Assembly (NCBI GenBank): GCA_964567285.1
Contig: CAZMLO010000005.1
Location: forward strand, 55,866 to 119,865
DNA length: 64,000 bases
Direction: 5' to 3'
DNA from: an uncultured Gammaproteobacteria bacterium
Lineage (GTDB): Bacteria > Pseudomonadota > Gammaproteobacteria > JAIEPX01
A program made the position numbers and the translations under genes. The stretch's first letter is position 1. Every line of letters begins with the position of its first letter. The notes under the pieces were generated by a model. The model did no database searches and was not told where the DNA came from. It worked only from the letters and a program-made list of their open reading frames with translations. Below, piece by piece: positions 37,772-48,433 of the stretch.

Positions 37772-38416
37772 TTAGTGATTCGAATATAATTCGTGTTGAA
37801 TAATATACTGCAAAACAAGGGGTGAAATCGCTTTTTCATCGTAGTGTTTTTTTTTCAACTGACTACGTAATTGAGTAGCAGAGATATCAAGCGGTGAAAT
37901 TTCGCTGAAAAATATTTTGCCGTGAGAAAGTGAAAAAAGCGAATTTAAATTTAATGATCGATATTCGATAATAAATTGTTGAATAGATTTGTTTAATTCT
38001 TTTTTTGAGTGTGGTCGATTAATGATGATCAAATGGCAATAATCGAGAATCGATTGCCACTCAAACCAGGTATCAAAAAAATTGAAAGCATCCTGACCCA
38101 AAATCAAACAGAAATGATCGTTGGGTTGTTCTTTTTTTAAGTCTCGCAGGGTATCAATCATATAAGAAGGACCCTGGCGACGGATCTCATGCTCATCGAT
38201 AGTGATGTTGGGGAGATTGGCGCAGGCCCGTTTTAGCATGGCCAGTCTGTCTTCGGGGCTGGCGATGGGGGCTGCACGGTGGACGGGTGTAGAGCAAGGC
38301 AGGAAGCGGACTTCATCGAGGGGAATCTGTTTGAGGAGGGAAGTGGCCACATGCAGGTGACCATTGTGAACGGGATCAAAAGTGCCACCTAGTATGCCAA
38401 TGAGCCGAGCTTTCAT
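37772..38416 (-). CDS. nadD: Nicotinate-nucleotide adenylyltransferase
   Basis: GILGGTFDPVHNGHL motif, 214 aa. Confidence 0.85.
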   Translation of the reverse strand: MKARLIGILGGTFDPVHNGHLHVATSLLKQIPLDEVRFLPCSTPVHRAAPIASPEDRLAMLKRACANLPNITIDEHEIRRQGPSYMIDTLRDLKKEQPNDHFCLILGQDAFNFFDTWFEWQSILDYCHLIIINRPHSKKELNKSIQQFIIEYRSLNLNSLFSLSHGKIFFSEISPLDISATQLRSQLKKKHYDEKAISPLVLQYIIQHELYSNH

Positions 38417-38507
38417 CCTAAGCGCTCGATATTTACTGTCACATAACCACTGTTGCTAAAGGGATTACTGGAAGAATAAAACGCCATACAGTTATAGATC
38501 TTCTTGA

Positions 38508-39536
38508 TCATCGAGGTTGTTCCGTTTCTAAGGCGGTGCCCGCAAGGTTCAGTAGAATTTCATTGAGACAAAGCCAGACGTCGCCTTTTTCGAGTCCTTT
38601 GATCATCAAATCGATTTGAGCGGCTTGCTCTAGGATTTGCAACAGCATCGGTTGATTCAATCGACGCAGGGCAGATTGGTAAAGCGGTTGACGTGTTTTC
38701 CAAATGTACAGTTTGCCGCAGGCGCTTTCGAAGCGTTCGCCACCTTGCATGAGTTCGCTCAGATGAATGAGTTGCCGAATTTCACGAGTGATGGTCCACA
38801 ATAATAGGGTTGGTTCAGTGCCAGATTCTTTTAACTGGGATAAAATTCGGACCGTTGCTTCTGCTTCACCTAAAAGTGCTTGATCGACCAAGAAATATAA
38901 ATCAAAACGGGCCTGATCGCTGATGGCCTCGCTAATTTCTTCTGCAGAGAGCGTTTGCTCCGGGTATAACAAGCTAAGTTTGGTGATTTCTTGGGCGCAG
39001 GCCAGTAAATTTCCCTGGGTTTGATCGGCCAAGATTCGGATGCCTTCGGGGCTGGTTTTGAGCGATTCTTTTTGCATGCGTGCTTGAATCCAGCGGGGTA
39101 GTTGACTGGCTTCCATGGGCCAGACGGTGATAAAAACGCCTTTCTCTTCAATGCCTTTGACCCACTTTGTTTTTTGTTGGATGGCGTCGAGCTTTGGTGT
39201 GATGATGAGCAGCGTTTTATCGCGGGGAAGTTCTGCCAGGAATTTTTCAATCGCGGCGGACCCTGTTTTGCCGGGTTTGCCTGTGTTAATCCGAAGTTCA
39301 ATCAGGGATTTACTGCTAAACAGAGATTGCTGTTTGATTTCAGCGAGGAAGCAGTCCCAGTCGTAGTCGCTGGTTGCGTGAAAAGAATGTCGTTCTGAAA
39401 AACCTTCTTTTTCGGCTTTTTCCACGATGGTATCGCGGGCTTCTTGGACCAGCAAAGGATCATCGCCTGCAATCAGGTAGACGCGGGCCAAAGCCTGTTG
39501 CAGCTGAGCTTTAAGTTGTTGCGCATTGATTTTCAT
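38508..39536 (-). CDS. holA: DNA polymerase III delta subunit
   Basis: 342 aa; conserved position between lptE and nadD; N-terminal LKAQLQQALARVYLIAGDDPLLVQEA resembles HolA. Confidence 0.8.
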   Translation of the reverse strand: MKINAQQLKAQLQQALARVYLIAGDDPLLVQEARDTIVEKAEKEGFSERHSFHATSDYDWDCFLAEIKQQSLFSSKSLIELRINTGKPGKTGSAAIEKFLAELPRDKTLLIITPKLDAIQQKTKWVKGIEEKGVFITVWPMEASQLPRWIQARMQKESLKTSPEGIRILADQTQGNLLACAQEITKLSLLYPEQTLSAEEISEAISDQARFDLYFLVDQALLGEAEATVRILSQLKESGTEPTLLLWTITREIRQLIHLSELMQGGERFESACGKLYIWKTRQPLYQSALRRLNQPMLLQILEQAAQIDLMIKGLEKGDVWLCLNEILLNLAGTALETEQPR

Positions 39537-39733
39537 CGGTCTTTTCCAATTGTGAACTCAGCCTCATTTAAGATCGTCGCTCGCTGCCGATAGCCTAGTT
39601 TAAGGTATTCTCTCTCGGGACCGCCCTACAAGTACATCCCTGTAAGGGCTGCGGGTTCCGCCATCCTGGCTCCACACGCTCCCGAGAGGTAATACCTTAA
39701 ACTAGGCTCTCAGCAGCCGTGCCTCAATAACTT

Positions 39734-40363
39734 CTATCCGTTGCTACCTTCTTCATAAGGCATCAATGGTGATTCAGAATCCATGTCAGGTGGCAAATCT
39801 GCTTCTGAATCTTCCTCTGCCTGATTATAGCGGGAAACTGTGGAGAATGCTTTGAGCTCGTTAATCAATTGCAAGATGGCTGCTTGTTGAATGTCGACGG
39901 TGAGTAAATCTAGCTGATTATTGGTTGTGAGCAGCACATCTTCATTCAGTGTGAGTAGCCGATTAATCATAATGGATTTCCTTTTAATCAAAAGTTTATC
40001 ATTTGATTTCAAAGAATATTCGAGATAAAAAGTATAACGATAAATCCGCGCTTGTTGGCTGCTACCAATGATCGGCATTCGATAGTTCAGCTTGTGTTTA
40101 TGAATAATCAGTTGAGTGCGTGGTTGGTGAGAACTGGGTGCCTTTTTTAGTAGCGCTAATTCTCGGTTCAGTTGTTTAATAAAAGGTTCATAGGGTTTAG
40201 CGCTGACTACTTCTAAGGGTTGAATGGAGGCAGGCAAACTATTTTGGTTGCGCAAATGAAAAGCGCAGCCGCTGAGCAACGAGAGTTGTAAAGTAAAACA
40301 GCTGAGCAGAAGCATCTGCATCAAAATGTTTTTGGCGTTTTTCATCTTCATATTAAACCACAA
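39734..40363 (-). CDS. lptE: LPS-assembly lipoprotein LptE
   Basis: Lipobox [11 protein letters not shown] (compare E. coli LptE GCGWHLR); conserved position after leuS. Confidence 0.7.
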   Translation of the reverse strand: MWFNMKMKNAKNILMQMLLLSCFTLQLSLLSGCAFHLRNQNSLPASIQPLEVVSAKPYEPFIKQLNRELALLKKAPSSHQPRTQLIIHKHKLNYRMPIIGSSQQARIYRYTFYLEYSLKSNDKLLIKRKSIMINRLLTLNEDVLLTTNNQLDLLTVDIQQAAILQLINELKAFSTVSRYNQAEEDSEADLPPDMDSESPLMPYEEGSNG

Positions 40364-42917
40364 TGTTCACAAGTCTGCCGGGAACGACGATCACTTTTTT
40401 GGGTGCTCGTCCTGACAAAGATTCTTGGACTTTTTCGTGCGCTAAGGCTTCTGATTCAATTTTATCTTGTTCGCATTCAATCGGAACGGTGATTTCACCG
40501 CGGCGTTTACCATTGACCTGCAGAACTAAAATAATACTTTCAGCTTTGAGGGCTTTATTATTGACGCGTGGCCAGCGAGCGAGTGCAATGTTGTCGCCGA
40601 AGCTTAATTGTTGCCAAAGATGATGCGTAAAATGCGGCGTAATCGGTGCCAATAATCGCAATAATTTACCCACACCTTCTCGAATTAAAGGGATATTGTC
40701 AGGCGTCAGCGGTTTTAATTCCAGGAGCATATTGAACAATTTCATTGTGGCCGAAACGACGGTATTGAATTGCAAACGTTCCATGTCAAAATTAGCTTGT
40801 TGCAAAATTAAATGCATTGTGCGGCGAGTAGCACGTGTTTGTTCAGGCACAATCGACCAATCGAATTCTCGAGGGTCGGCTATGTTCGCTTGCATCACAG
40901 CATCAGCAACTTCTTGGCAGTAGGTCCATACTCGTTTGATAAAGCGATGCGCGCCTTCAACGCCAGCATCAGACCATTCCAACGTTTGTTCAGGAGGAGA
41001 GGCAAAGAGAATAAACAAACGCAAGGTATCAGCACCGTATTTCTCGATATATTCTTTGGGCGAAACGGTATTGCCTTTCGATTTAGACATTTTGCTGCCA
41101 TCTTTGAGCACCATTCCCTGCGTGAGCAGTCGTGTAAAGGGTTCGTCCGAATTCAGCAAGTGTTCGTCGCGCAGAATTTTGTGGATAAAACGCGCATACA
41201 GTAAATGCATGATGGCATGTTCAACACCGCCGATGTATTGATCGACGGAGGTCCAATATTTGGCGCGATCATCCAGGATTGCTTGGTGCTGATTAGGGCA
41301 GCAATTGCGAGCATAATACCAGGAAGATTCCATAAAAGTATCGAAGGTATCAGTTTCGCGTTTAGCTTCAGCACCACATTGTGGGCAGCTCACATTGATA
41401 AATTCTTCGATTTTTTCGAGCGGTGAGCCGGGTTCAGTCAGAACAATGCCGGTAGGCAGTAAAACAGGTAAATCTTTTTCAGGTACAGGTACAATGCCGC
41501 AATGAGGGCAGTGAATCATGGGGATCGGTGCCCCCCAGTAACGTTGTCGTGAAATACCCCAATCGCGAAGGCGATAATGCGTTTTGAGAGTACCTTTGCC
41601 CATGTCACTTAATTTTTGTGCCACCGCTCTGAGGCCTTCTTGAGAGGACATGCCGGTAAATTCGCCAGAATCGATGAGGATTCCCTCCGCCGTATAGGCA
41701 TTGTCAGAAAAATCCCAATTGGAATGTGAGGTAGCAGACACGGTTTGTGAGGAATCTTTTTGAGAAAGTTCAGTTTCCGGAGGATTTTGGTCTGAAGAGG
41801 TCTTCTGGATAGAGAATGGCTGGATTACAACACGCAACGGTAATTGATACTGCTTTGCAAAATGAAAATCCCGCTCATCATGAGCAGGCACGGCCATCAC
41901 GGCACCGGATCCGTATTCCATCAACACATAATTCGCGATCCAAACTGGAATGGCTTCATTGTTGATCGGATTGATGACTCTAAAGGGAGTTGGTACGCCT
42001 TTTTTCTCCAGCGTGGCCAATTCTGCTTCGGCCACTTTTACATGGCGACATTCTTCAATAAAAGCGGCAACGCTAGGATCTTTCTTAGCTGCTAAGGCCG
42101 CCAGGGCATGATCAGGGGCCACAGCCACATAGGTTACCCCAAATAAAGTATCGGGCCGAGTGGTATATACAATTAAGGGCTGAAGACCTTCAGCAGATGA
42201 AGGCGCATCCGGCACAAATTCAATTTCAACGCCAGTAGAACGACCAATCCAATTACGCTGCATGGTGCGTACTTGCTCTGGCCAGCCCGTTAAGGTGTCT
42301 AAATTATCCAGTAATTCATCGGCATAGTCTGTGATTTTTAAAAACCACTGTCGAATTTTTCGGCGTTCAACGGGCGCTCCCGATCGCCAGCCACAACCAT
42401 CGACAACCTGCTCGTTGGCAAGTACTGTCATGTCGACTGGATCCCAATTGACTTCGGCTTCTTTTTGATAGGCTAAGCCTTTTTTGTACATCCGCAAAAA
42501 CAACCATTGTTCCCACTGATAATATTCAGGATCGCAGGTTGCATATTCTCGTTTCCAATCGATTGCAAAACCTAGCTGTTTGAACTGATTATGCATGTCA
42601 GCGATGTTTTGACGCGTCCAATTGGAGGGGGCCAGTTTATTCTGCAGCGCGGCATTTTCGGCGGGTAAGCCAAAGGCATCCCAACTCATTGGTTGAAGCA
42701 CATTCTTGCCCAACATGCGCTGATACCGACTGATCACATCACCAATCGTATAGTTCCGAACATGCCCCATGTGCAACTGGCCGCTAGGGTATGGCAGCAT
42801 AGACAGGCAATAAAATTTCTCAGTATTGAGGTCTTCTTTGGCTTCAAAACTGTGTTGCTCTTCCCAAAAGGCTTGAGCACTGGCCTCAAGCTTTCTGGCT
42901 TCGTAACTTTTCTCCAT
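40353..42917 (-). CDS. leuS: Leucyl-tRNA synthetase
   Basis: [41 protein letters not shown] (HMGH) and KMSKS; start at MEKSY (42917) by alignment with E. coli LeuS, ORF track starts at 42929. Confidence 0.95.
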   Translation of the reverse strand: MEKSYEARKLEASAQAFWEEQHSFEAKEDLNTEKFYCLSMLPYPSGQLHMGHVRNYTIGDVISRYQRMLGKNVLQPMSWDAFGLPAENAALQNKLAPSNWTRQNIADMHNQFKQLGFAIDWKREYATCDPEYYQWEQWLFLRMYKKGLAYQKEAEVNWDPVDMTVLANEQVVDGCGWRSGAPVERRKIRQWFLKITDYADELLDNLDTLTGWPEQVRTMQRNWIGRSTGVEIEFVPDAPSSAEGLQPLIVYTTRPDTLFGVTYVAVAPDHALAALAAKKDPSVAAFIEECRHVKVAEAELATLEKKGVPTPFRVINPINNEAIPVWIANYVLMEYGSGAVMAVPAHDERDFHFAKQYQLPLRVVIQPFSIQKTSSDQNPPETELSQKDSSQTVSATSHSNWDFSDNAYTAEGILIDSGEFTGMSSQEGLRAVAQKLSDMGKGTLKTHYRLRDWGISRQRYWGAPIPMIHCPHCGIVPVPEKDLPVLLPTGIVLTEPGSPLEKIEEFINVSCPQCGAEAKRETDTFDTFMESSWYYARNCCPNQHQAILDDRAKYWTSVDQYIGGVEHAIMHLLYARFIHKILRDEHLLNSDEPFTRLLTQGMVLKDGSKMSKSKGNTVSPKEYIEKYGADTLRLFILFASPPEQTLEWSDAGVEGAHRFIKRVWTYCQEVADAVMQANIADPREFDWSIVPEQTRATRRTMHLILQQANFDMERLQFNTVVSATMKLFNMLLELKPLTPDNIPLIREGVGKLLRLLAPITPHFTHHLWQQLSFGDNIALARWPRVNNKALKAESIILVLQVNGKRRGEITVPIECEQDKIESEALAHEKVQESLSGRAPKKVIVVPGRLVNIVV

Positions 42918-43105
42918 CGGTAGTCTCATTTAACCAACAATATTAATCGCTAAGGATACCTGAGTGGTCGATAATAAAGAAGAGGGAGGATCAGGGGGCA
43001 GATCTCAGTTTGATGAGTTCTTTAAGAACCCAACAAACAGAGATCTGACCCCTGATCCCACTTTGACCTATTCTACATTCTGTAGTACCCTTGTAGATTC
43101 TGTCT

Positions 43106-44515
43106 GTGCGCCTATCGAGGTTGTTCATGAGCTCGTTTATCTCTGGTTTGTCTGATTTGCTGGGTCGAAAGAAGCTCAGTACTCCAACGTATAACGCTCA
43201 AAGCTTATTTACTGTTCGTAATGCTCATCAACTGCTCGAATCCTCTCAACGAGGTGCATATCTGAAGAAAATCAATGAAGTCGTTAAAATGCCTGAAGAG
43301 CATTTCCAGGCCTTGTATGGGAAGTTGGTGGACAATTTTGCAGAGTTTGTTCAGATTCTGCCGATGCGGTATAGCGAACCTTTGACGGGGATCTTGCAAG
43401 AAGGTCTAAGACATGGGTTGATGGCGCTGGAATTATTATTTGAAACCTCAACAAAAAAACCGCAGCCGCTCTATGTTTATGCCGTTTTCAGCATGGCCTT
43501 ATTGGCCGATATAGTGAAAGTGATTGCTACACAAAAGGTTATGATCTCCGATGAAAATGGTGTTTACATCGATGAATGGTGCCCTTTCGCGGGATCGATG
43601 GTAGAGCAGGGTGGTGAGTATTACAAAATACGAGAATACGGCGGTTATCGAGAAGCTTTTTTAAATTCGGCGAATCCGCTTCTAGCACAACGTGTGATGC
43701 CCGATTTAGGTCTGCGTTGGTTGGCGTCCAGCCCGCGGATTTTTGATATGTGGATTGCGGTTCTAACAGGCCATGAAGATTGGGCAGGCGATTTAGGGAT
43801 GCTCAAAAAATTACTCAAAAAAGAATGGGAAAAACAAAAACAACTGGAACTCTGGTTAGAACAAGTTCCGATGGATTTTACCGTACCTGAAGATGTGGCA
43901 ATCGGCGAAAAATTTTTAGAATGGTTAAAAGATGCCTTAGAAAATGAAAAAATTAGCGTGAATGAAAAAGATTCATTTGTGCACATTTTAGACGAAGGGA
44001 TTTTAATCAAAACCCCCGAAGTTTACGATGCTTTTAATCATACCTATTCGAGCTATCGCGATTTTATCGTTCTGCAAAAACAATTTAATTACTTAGGCAT
44101 TACAAAACTCAGCGGATACGATTATCGCTTTGAACAATATTTTACTCAACGGGCCGACACTTCAGCGCGCTTGGGATTTCTTTCGCATACGCAACAAGCA
44201 ACTCAGGTAGCAACCAAAGCTAATGCAGAATTAAAACAAAGTGCTGAAGCCATGGCGAATCAAAAGGCTATTTCGGCATTAACAGGCTCAGGACTTATTC
44301 AAAATAAAGACACTACAACTAAAAATGCTCAACAAATTTTGATCAAAGACCCCGCAATTATTTACGCTGCCGTCGGAAAAATTCCACCAGTGAGCAAAGA
44401 AATGAAAGATGTCAGTGTGACATGGGTTCAAGACAAACAGTTGCCTAAATTACCCAATCAAAAACCGCCACAGCAAACCGTAGTGCCTCCTACCAACCAA
44501 AGAACCCGTCGCTAA
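43106..44515 (+). CDS. Hypothetical protein; weak pattern resemblance to MobH/TraI_2 relaxase N-terminal (HD-like) domain with catalytic His/Asp not conserved
   Basis: LPMRYSEPLTGILQEGLRHGLMALELLF and ALLADIVKVIATQKVMISDENGVYIDEWCPF resemble, from memory, the LPxSxxHHHxGxGGLLxHSLEV and LLHDxGK segments of TraI_2; unverified. Confidence 0.4.
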   Translation: MRLSRLFMSSFISGLSDLLGRKKLSTPTYNAQSLFTVRNAHQLLESSQRGAYLKKINEVVKMPEEHFQALYGKLVDNFAEFVQILPMRYSEPLTGILQEGLRHGLMALELLFETSTKKPQPLYVYAVFSMALLADIVKVIATQKVMISDENGVYIDEWCPFAGSMVEQGGEYYKIREYGGYREAFLNSANPLLAQRVMPDLGLRWLASSPRIFDMWIAVLTGHEDWAGDLGMLKKLLKKEWEKQKQLELWLEQVPMDFTVPEDVAIGEKFLEWLKDALENEKISVNEKDSFVHILDEGILIKTPEVYDAFNHTYSSYRDFIVLQKQFNYLGITKLSGYDYRFEQYFTQRADTSARLGFLSHTQQATQVATKANAELKQSAEAMANQKAISALTGSGLIQNKDTTTKNAQQILIKDPAIIYAAVGKIPPVSKEMKDVSVTWVQDKQLPKLPNQKPPQQTVVPPTNQRTRR

Positions 44516-44540
44516 AAACCATTCATATTTTGTGCCCAGC

Positions 44541-46061
44541 TCAAGCTTTGCGCGGTGGTGTTGTTCCGCCGAAGCGGATAAACACTAAACCCAAGAACGA
44601 TAATAATAAAACAGGCCAGCTGCCCAATTTTGCCCAAGGTGTGGAGCCTTCGATGGTGAAAACTTTTGCAGTGATCACGCCTGTTTTATGTTCAGGTAAA
44701 TAATATTTGATAAAACCTCGGCTGGTGATAATGGCAGATGCCCCACGGCTCGATAAAAATAATTGTGGTAGGCCATTTTCGATAGAGCGCATTCTGGCCA
44801 TTTGTAGGTGTTGCTCTGAAGCAATTGAACCATCGAACCAACTATCGTCTGTGATGGTTACAATCATTTCCGCATGTTTTAGTGCACGTCTTACTTCATC
44901 AGGTTCAACAATTTCATAGCAGATAAACCCAGCCATCGGAATGTCATGGATTACCATCAACGGTTGTTTCAGAGGTCCACTGCTAAAATCAGACATCGGA
45001 ATATTGAGAGCACTGATCAATGGATTGAGCACAACTTTTAGCGGCACATATTCTCCAAAGGGCACTAAGTGCCGTTTGTAATAGCTGCCACTAAATTGGC
45101 CTATCATCAGCATGCCATTATAAAAATTTTTCCCTTCAGCCACGGGTATTCCTAGTATCACTGAACTGTTATGCGATTTCGCTTCTTGACTCAGGGCATC
45201 TAAAAAAGGCTCTGCCACCGTTGAAAGTGCAGGGATTGCACCTTCTGGCCAGATAATTAAATCACTTTTCCAATGTTGTTGAGTGGTCTTATGATATTTT
45301 TCAACGATCGATTGGAGTTGATCCGGTTGCCATTTCAGTTCTTGGGGAACATTACCTTGGATCATCGTCACCGTTACTGACTTGCCGTTTTTGTGCGTGA
45401 AAGGATAAAAACTCAGGAGGGCACCATTGATCCAAATTACAGCGATTAAAATCATATTAAACAAAGGATGCCATCGCGTATTTTGTTGCGGGTCTGAAGG
45501 GCGCAGTTGCCATCCCGCTTGCACCAACAAACCCACTGTGTAAGTGATTAACAGAGAAATGCCGTATGTACCCAGAATAGGTGCATAGCCGCCCAAAGGA
45601 GAATCAATTTGAGTATATCCCAAAATTAACCAGTGCCAACCTGTAAACAACGAACTGCGAACCCATTCCAAAAAGACCCAACTCGCTGGGAAAAATATCA
45701 AGGAACGAATTGAAGAACCCGCTGGAGTCCATCGTGCAAGTAAAAAACCTTGCAGCGTCGGGAAAAGAGCTTCATAACTAACGACCAAAACGGTGGCGAG
45801 GATAGCAAGTGGCGCTTCAAGATGTCCGAATTCATGAATACTAATATAAATCCACCACGTTCCTATGCCAAATAAACCGATACCATAAAAAAATCCCAGC
45901 CAGGCAGCACGCCGAGGAGATTCTGTTTGCCAGAGAATTAATAATAACGTCGGGCCTAGAATTGCCAGCGGTGCCCAAGAAAATGGGGCATATGCGAGCA
46001 CCGTTATCACTCCGGCAATGAAAGCCAGCACTAATTGCACACTAAAATGAAGTGGATACAA
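44541..46061 (-). CDS. lnt: Apolipoprotein N-acyltransferase
   Basis: 506 aa; N-terminal polytopic membrane region + C-terminal nitrilase/CN-hydrolase domain; conserved position next to corC. Confidence 0.85.
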   Translation of the reverse strand: MYPLHFSVQLVLAFIAGVITVLAYAPFSWAPLAILGPTLLLILWQTESPRRAAWLGFFYGIGLFGIGTWWIYISIHEFGHLEAPLAILATVLVVSYEALFPTLQGFLLARWTPAGSSIRSLIFFPASWVFLEWVRSSLFTGWHWLILGYTQIDSPLGGYAPILGTYGISLLITYTVGLLVQAGWQLRPSDPQQNTRWHPLFNMILIAVIWINGALLSFYPFTHKNGKSVTVTMIQGNVPQELKWQPDQLQSIVEKYHKTTQQHWKSDLIIWPEGAIPALSTVAEPFLDALSQEAKSHNSSVILGIPVAEGKNFYNGMLMIGQFSGSYYKRHLVPFGEYVPLKVVLNPLISALNIPMSDFSSGPLKQPLMVIHDIPMAGFICYEIVEPDEVRRALKHAEMIVTITDDSWFDGSIASEQHLQMARMRSIENGLPQLFLSSRGASAIITSRGFIKYYLPEHKTGVITAKVFTIEGSTPWAKLGSWPVLLLSFLGLVFIRFGGTTPPRKA

Positions 46062-46072
46062 GGCTGCAACCC

Positions 46073-46900
46073 TTAAATTATATTGACCTTCAATAACCGA
46101 ATGCGGCGACTATCGGCATGTAATATTTTAATTTTAAATTGATCAAGTGTGATCGATTCACCGCGTTTAGGCAAATGACCGAAGCGATTCATGATCAGGC
46201 CACCGATGGTGTCGAATTCTTCATTGCTAAAGTCCGAGCCAAACTGTTTATTGAAAGCCTCGATGGATGTCAAAGCTTTGACAGTGAATTGTCCCTCAGC
46301 GATTTTTTTGATTTGAGTTTCAGGATCATCAGTATCCGATTCATCTTCAATTTCGCCCACAATTTCTTCCAGCACATCTTCTATAGTGACAAGTCCAGAA
46401 ATACCGCCGTATTCATCAACTACGATAGCCATGTGATTATGATTTTCTCGAAATTCGTTCAGCAGCACATTCAAGCGTTTACTTTCAGGAATAAAAACAG
46501 CGGGACGCAAATATTTGCTCAGTTCAAAATGTTCTGTGCTCCGATTAAAGTAAGGCAATATATCTTTGATCAATAAAATCCCTTTAATTTCATCGCGATT
46601 CTCACCCACCACAGGATAACGTGAATGTTGATTTTCCGCGGCGATAGGTAAAATTTCCTCCAGCTTCGCATTGCTATCTATCGTACTCATTTGAGATCGA
46701 GGGATCATAATGTCTCGTACTTTCATTGAAGAAACTTGTAAAACACCTTCAATCATGCGTAAAGATTCTTGGTCAAGAATATTGTGATCCGCCGCTTTTT
46801 TTAGCAGGTAAATCAACTGCTCACGATTTTGCGGTTCGTGAGAGAGTAAATGTTTGGTGCGTTCAAGCCAGCGTTTGAGCGCAGTATTGGGCTCAGACAT
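46073..46900 (-). CDS. corC: Mg/Co efflux protein CorC (CBS pair + CorC_HlyC domain)
   Basis: VRDIMIPRSQM and CorC_HlyC C-terminus; start at MSEPN by alignment with E. coli CorC (ORF track 46933). Confidence 0.85.
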   Translation of the reverse strand: MSEPNTALKRWLERTKHLLSHEPQNREQLIYLLKKAADHNILDQESLRMIEGVLQVSSMKVRDIMIPRSQMSTIDSNAKLEEILPIAAENQHSRYPVVGENRDEIKGILLIKDILPYFNRSTEHFELSKYLRPAVFIPESKRLNVLLNEFRENHNHMAIVVDEYGGISGLVTIEDVLEEIVGEIEDESDTDDPETQIKKIAEGQFTVKALTSIEAFNKQFGSDFSNEEFDTIGGLIMNRFGHLPKRGESITLDQFKIKILHADSRRIRLLKVNII

Positions 46901-47339
46901 TGTGTTCTTCTCCATAAGGGTTTTTAAAACCAAGTTTCTTTAAGGTAGCAATTTCCATAGCTTCCATAGTAGCAGCTTCCGTCTCCGTTTGATGATCATA
47001 ACCTTGTAAATGATAACAAGCATGCACAGTCAGGTGTGCCCAGTGAGCGGTTTCTTCGATACCTTGGGTTTCGGCTTCTCGAGCCACGACAGGGGCACAA
47101 ATCACAATATCTCCAACGAGGGGTTCATGATCCAGCGTGAAGGATAGCACATTGGTGGATCCTTTTTTATCCCGATATTGCTGATTCAACTGTGCGGATT
47201 CTTCTTCATCGACAATACGAATGCCGATTTCGGCACCCTCATGATCGGGGAGTAGTGCCGCACAGATCCAGGTATAAAAATCCTGTTCAGAAGGCAAGTT
47301 AGTTTGAGTGGTTGCAATATGCAGACTAAAATCAATCAT
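46893..47339 (-). CDS. ybeY: Endoribonuclease YbeY
   Basis: HWAHLTVHACYHLQGYDH zinc motif; start MIDFSL by alignment. Confidence 0.9.
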   Translation of the reverse strand: MIDFSLHIATTQTNLPSEQDFYTWICAALLPDHEGAEIGIRIVDEEESAQLNQQYRDKKGSTNVLSFTLDHEPLVGDIVICAPVVAREAETQGIEETAHWAHLTVHACYHLQGYDHQTETEAATMEAMEIATLKKLGFKNPYGEEHNV

Positions 47340-48315
47340 GGTTTTTTTCATCAAGTCTGTTATAAGCGTTGACAATCAGTTGCACTAAAGGATGGCGAAC
47401 CACATCGTGGGCTTGGAAAAAAGTAAAAGAAATTTCATCAATGTCTTTGAGCACTTGAATAATATGACGCAAACCTGATTCTGTATCTTTGGGTAAATCC
47501 ACTTGAGTAATATCACCGGTGACGACCACTTTAGAACCAAACCCGATCCGTGTTAAAAACATTTTCATTTGTTCTTTAGTGGTGTTTTGACTTTCATCCA
47601 GAATAATAAAAGCATCGTTCAAACTGCGGCCCCGCATAAAGGCAAGCGGTGCAATTTCGATAATATTTTGCTCAATATATTTCAAGGTGCGTTCTGTGCC
47701 CAGCATTTCATAAAGCGCATCGTATAAAGGTCTTAAATAAGGATCGACTTTATCAGCCATATCACCGGGCAAAAATCCTAATTTTTCACCTGCTTCAACC
47801 GCCGGTCGCACTAAAACAATCCGACGTACCTTATCCGATTCTAAAGCTGAAACTGCTGCCGCAACAGCAAGATAGGTTTTTCCGGTTCCTGAGGGACCGA
47901 TGCCAAAATTGATATCGTGCGTTAAAATATTATTGACATAAATTGCTTGATTTTGACTGCGTGGCTTAATGGTTCGCTCACCCGTGTGAATGGCAAATTC
48001 TTGAGGATTTTTCTCTAAGGGATGATCAATCTGGTTGACTTCAGACTGTAAAATTAAAAAGATTTGAGCGGTACTTATGCGACTTGTGGCTGTTTCTGCA
48101 TAGATTTTTTCAATGACCTGTTTGGCAATACTCACAAACTTAGGTGGGCCAATAATATTGAACGTGTGTCCGCGATTGGAAATTTCGACACCCAGATAAC
48201 GTTCGATTTGCCTCAAATTTTGGTCGAATTGACCGGATAGGTCCGCTAAACGCCGATTATCGGCGGGCGAAAGTACTAAACTTTCTGTTCTGCGTGATTT
48301 ACTCAAAGTGACCAT
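47332..48315 (-). CDS. ybeZ: PhoH-like ATPase YbeZ
   Basis: GPSGTGKTYLAVAAAV Walker A, 327 aa, conserved ybeZ-ybeY-corC order. Confidence 0.85.
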   Translation of the reverse strand: MVTLSKSRRTESLVLSPADNRRLADLSGQFDQNLRQIERYLGVEISNRGHTFNIIGPPKFVSIAKQVIEKIYAETATSRISTAQIFLILQSEVNQIDHPLEKNPQEFAIHTGERTIKPRSQNQAIYVNNILTHDINFGIGPSGTGKTYLAVAAAVSALESDKVRRIVLVRPAVEAGEKLGFLPGDMADKVDPYLRPLYDALYEMLGTERTLKYIEQNIIEIAPLAFMRGRSLNDAFIILDESQNTTKEQMKMFLTRIGFGSKVVVTGDITQVDLPKDTESGLRHIIQVLKDIDEISFTFFQAHDVVRHPLVQLIVNAYNRLDEKNHD

Positions 48316-48370
48316 AATCTCCAGTTAATCCTAATAGTATCATTATAGCACAGGTGCCATGTAGGAAGGG

Positions 48371-48429
48371 GGCAGGTTTCCCGTTGACTAGGTAACGGAA
48401 GTTACCTAGTCAACGGGAGACCTGACACC
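48371..48429. repeat. Palindromic repeat element family 1, copy E (left arm degenerate)
   Basis: GGCAGGTTTCCCGTTGACTAGGTAAC...GTTACCTAGTCAACGGGAGACCTGACACC between ybeZ start and miaB stop. Confidence 0.7.
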
Positions 48430-48433
48430 TCTT

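Noticed and set aside
38870-39398. ORFs 38870-39301 (-), 39102-39398 (+) and 39115-39366 (+), overlapping holA
   Set aside because: Alternative-frame or antisense ORFs inside a well-supported holA reading frame; low-complexity Lys/Ser/Pro composition typical of out-of-frame translation.
40363-42923. Numerous 60-130-aa ORFs inside leuS on both strands (for example 40363-40623, 40812-41204, 41844-42095, 42693-42923)
   Set aside because: Embedded in the 858-aa leuS frame, whose homology is unambiguous; no independent signals.
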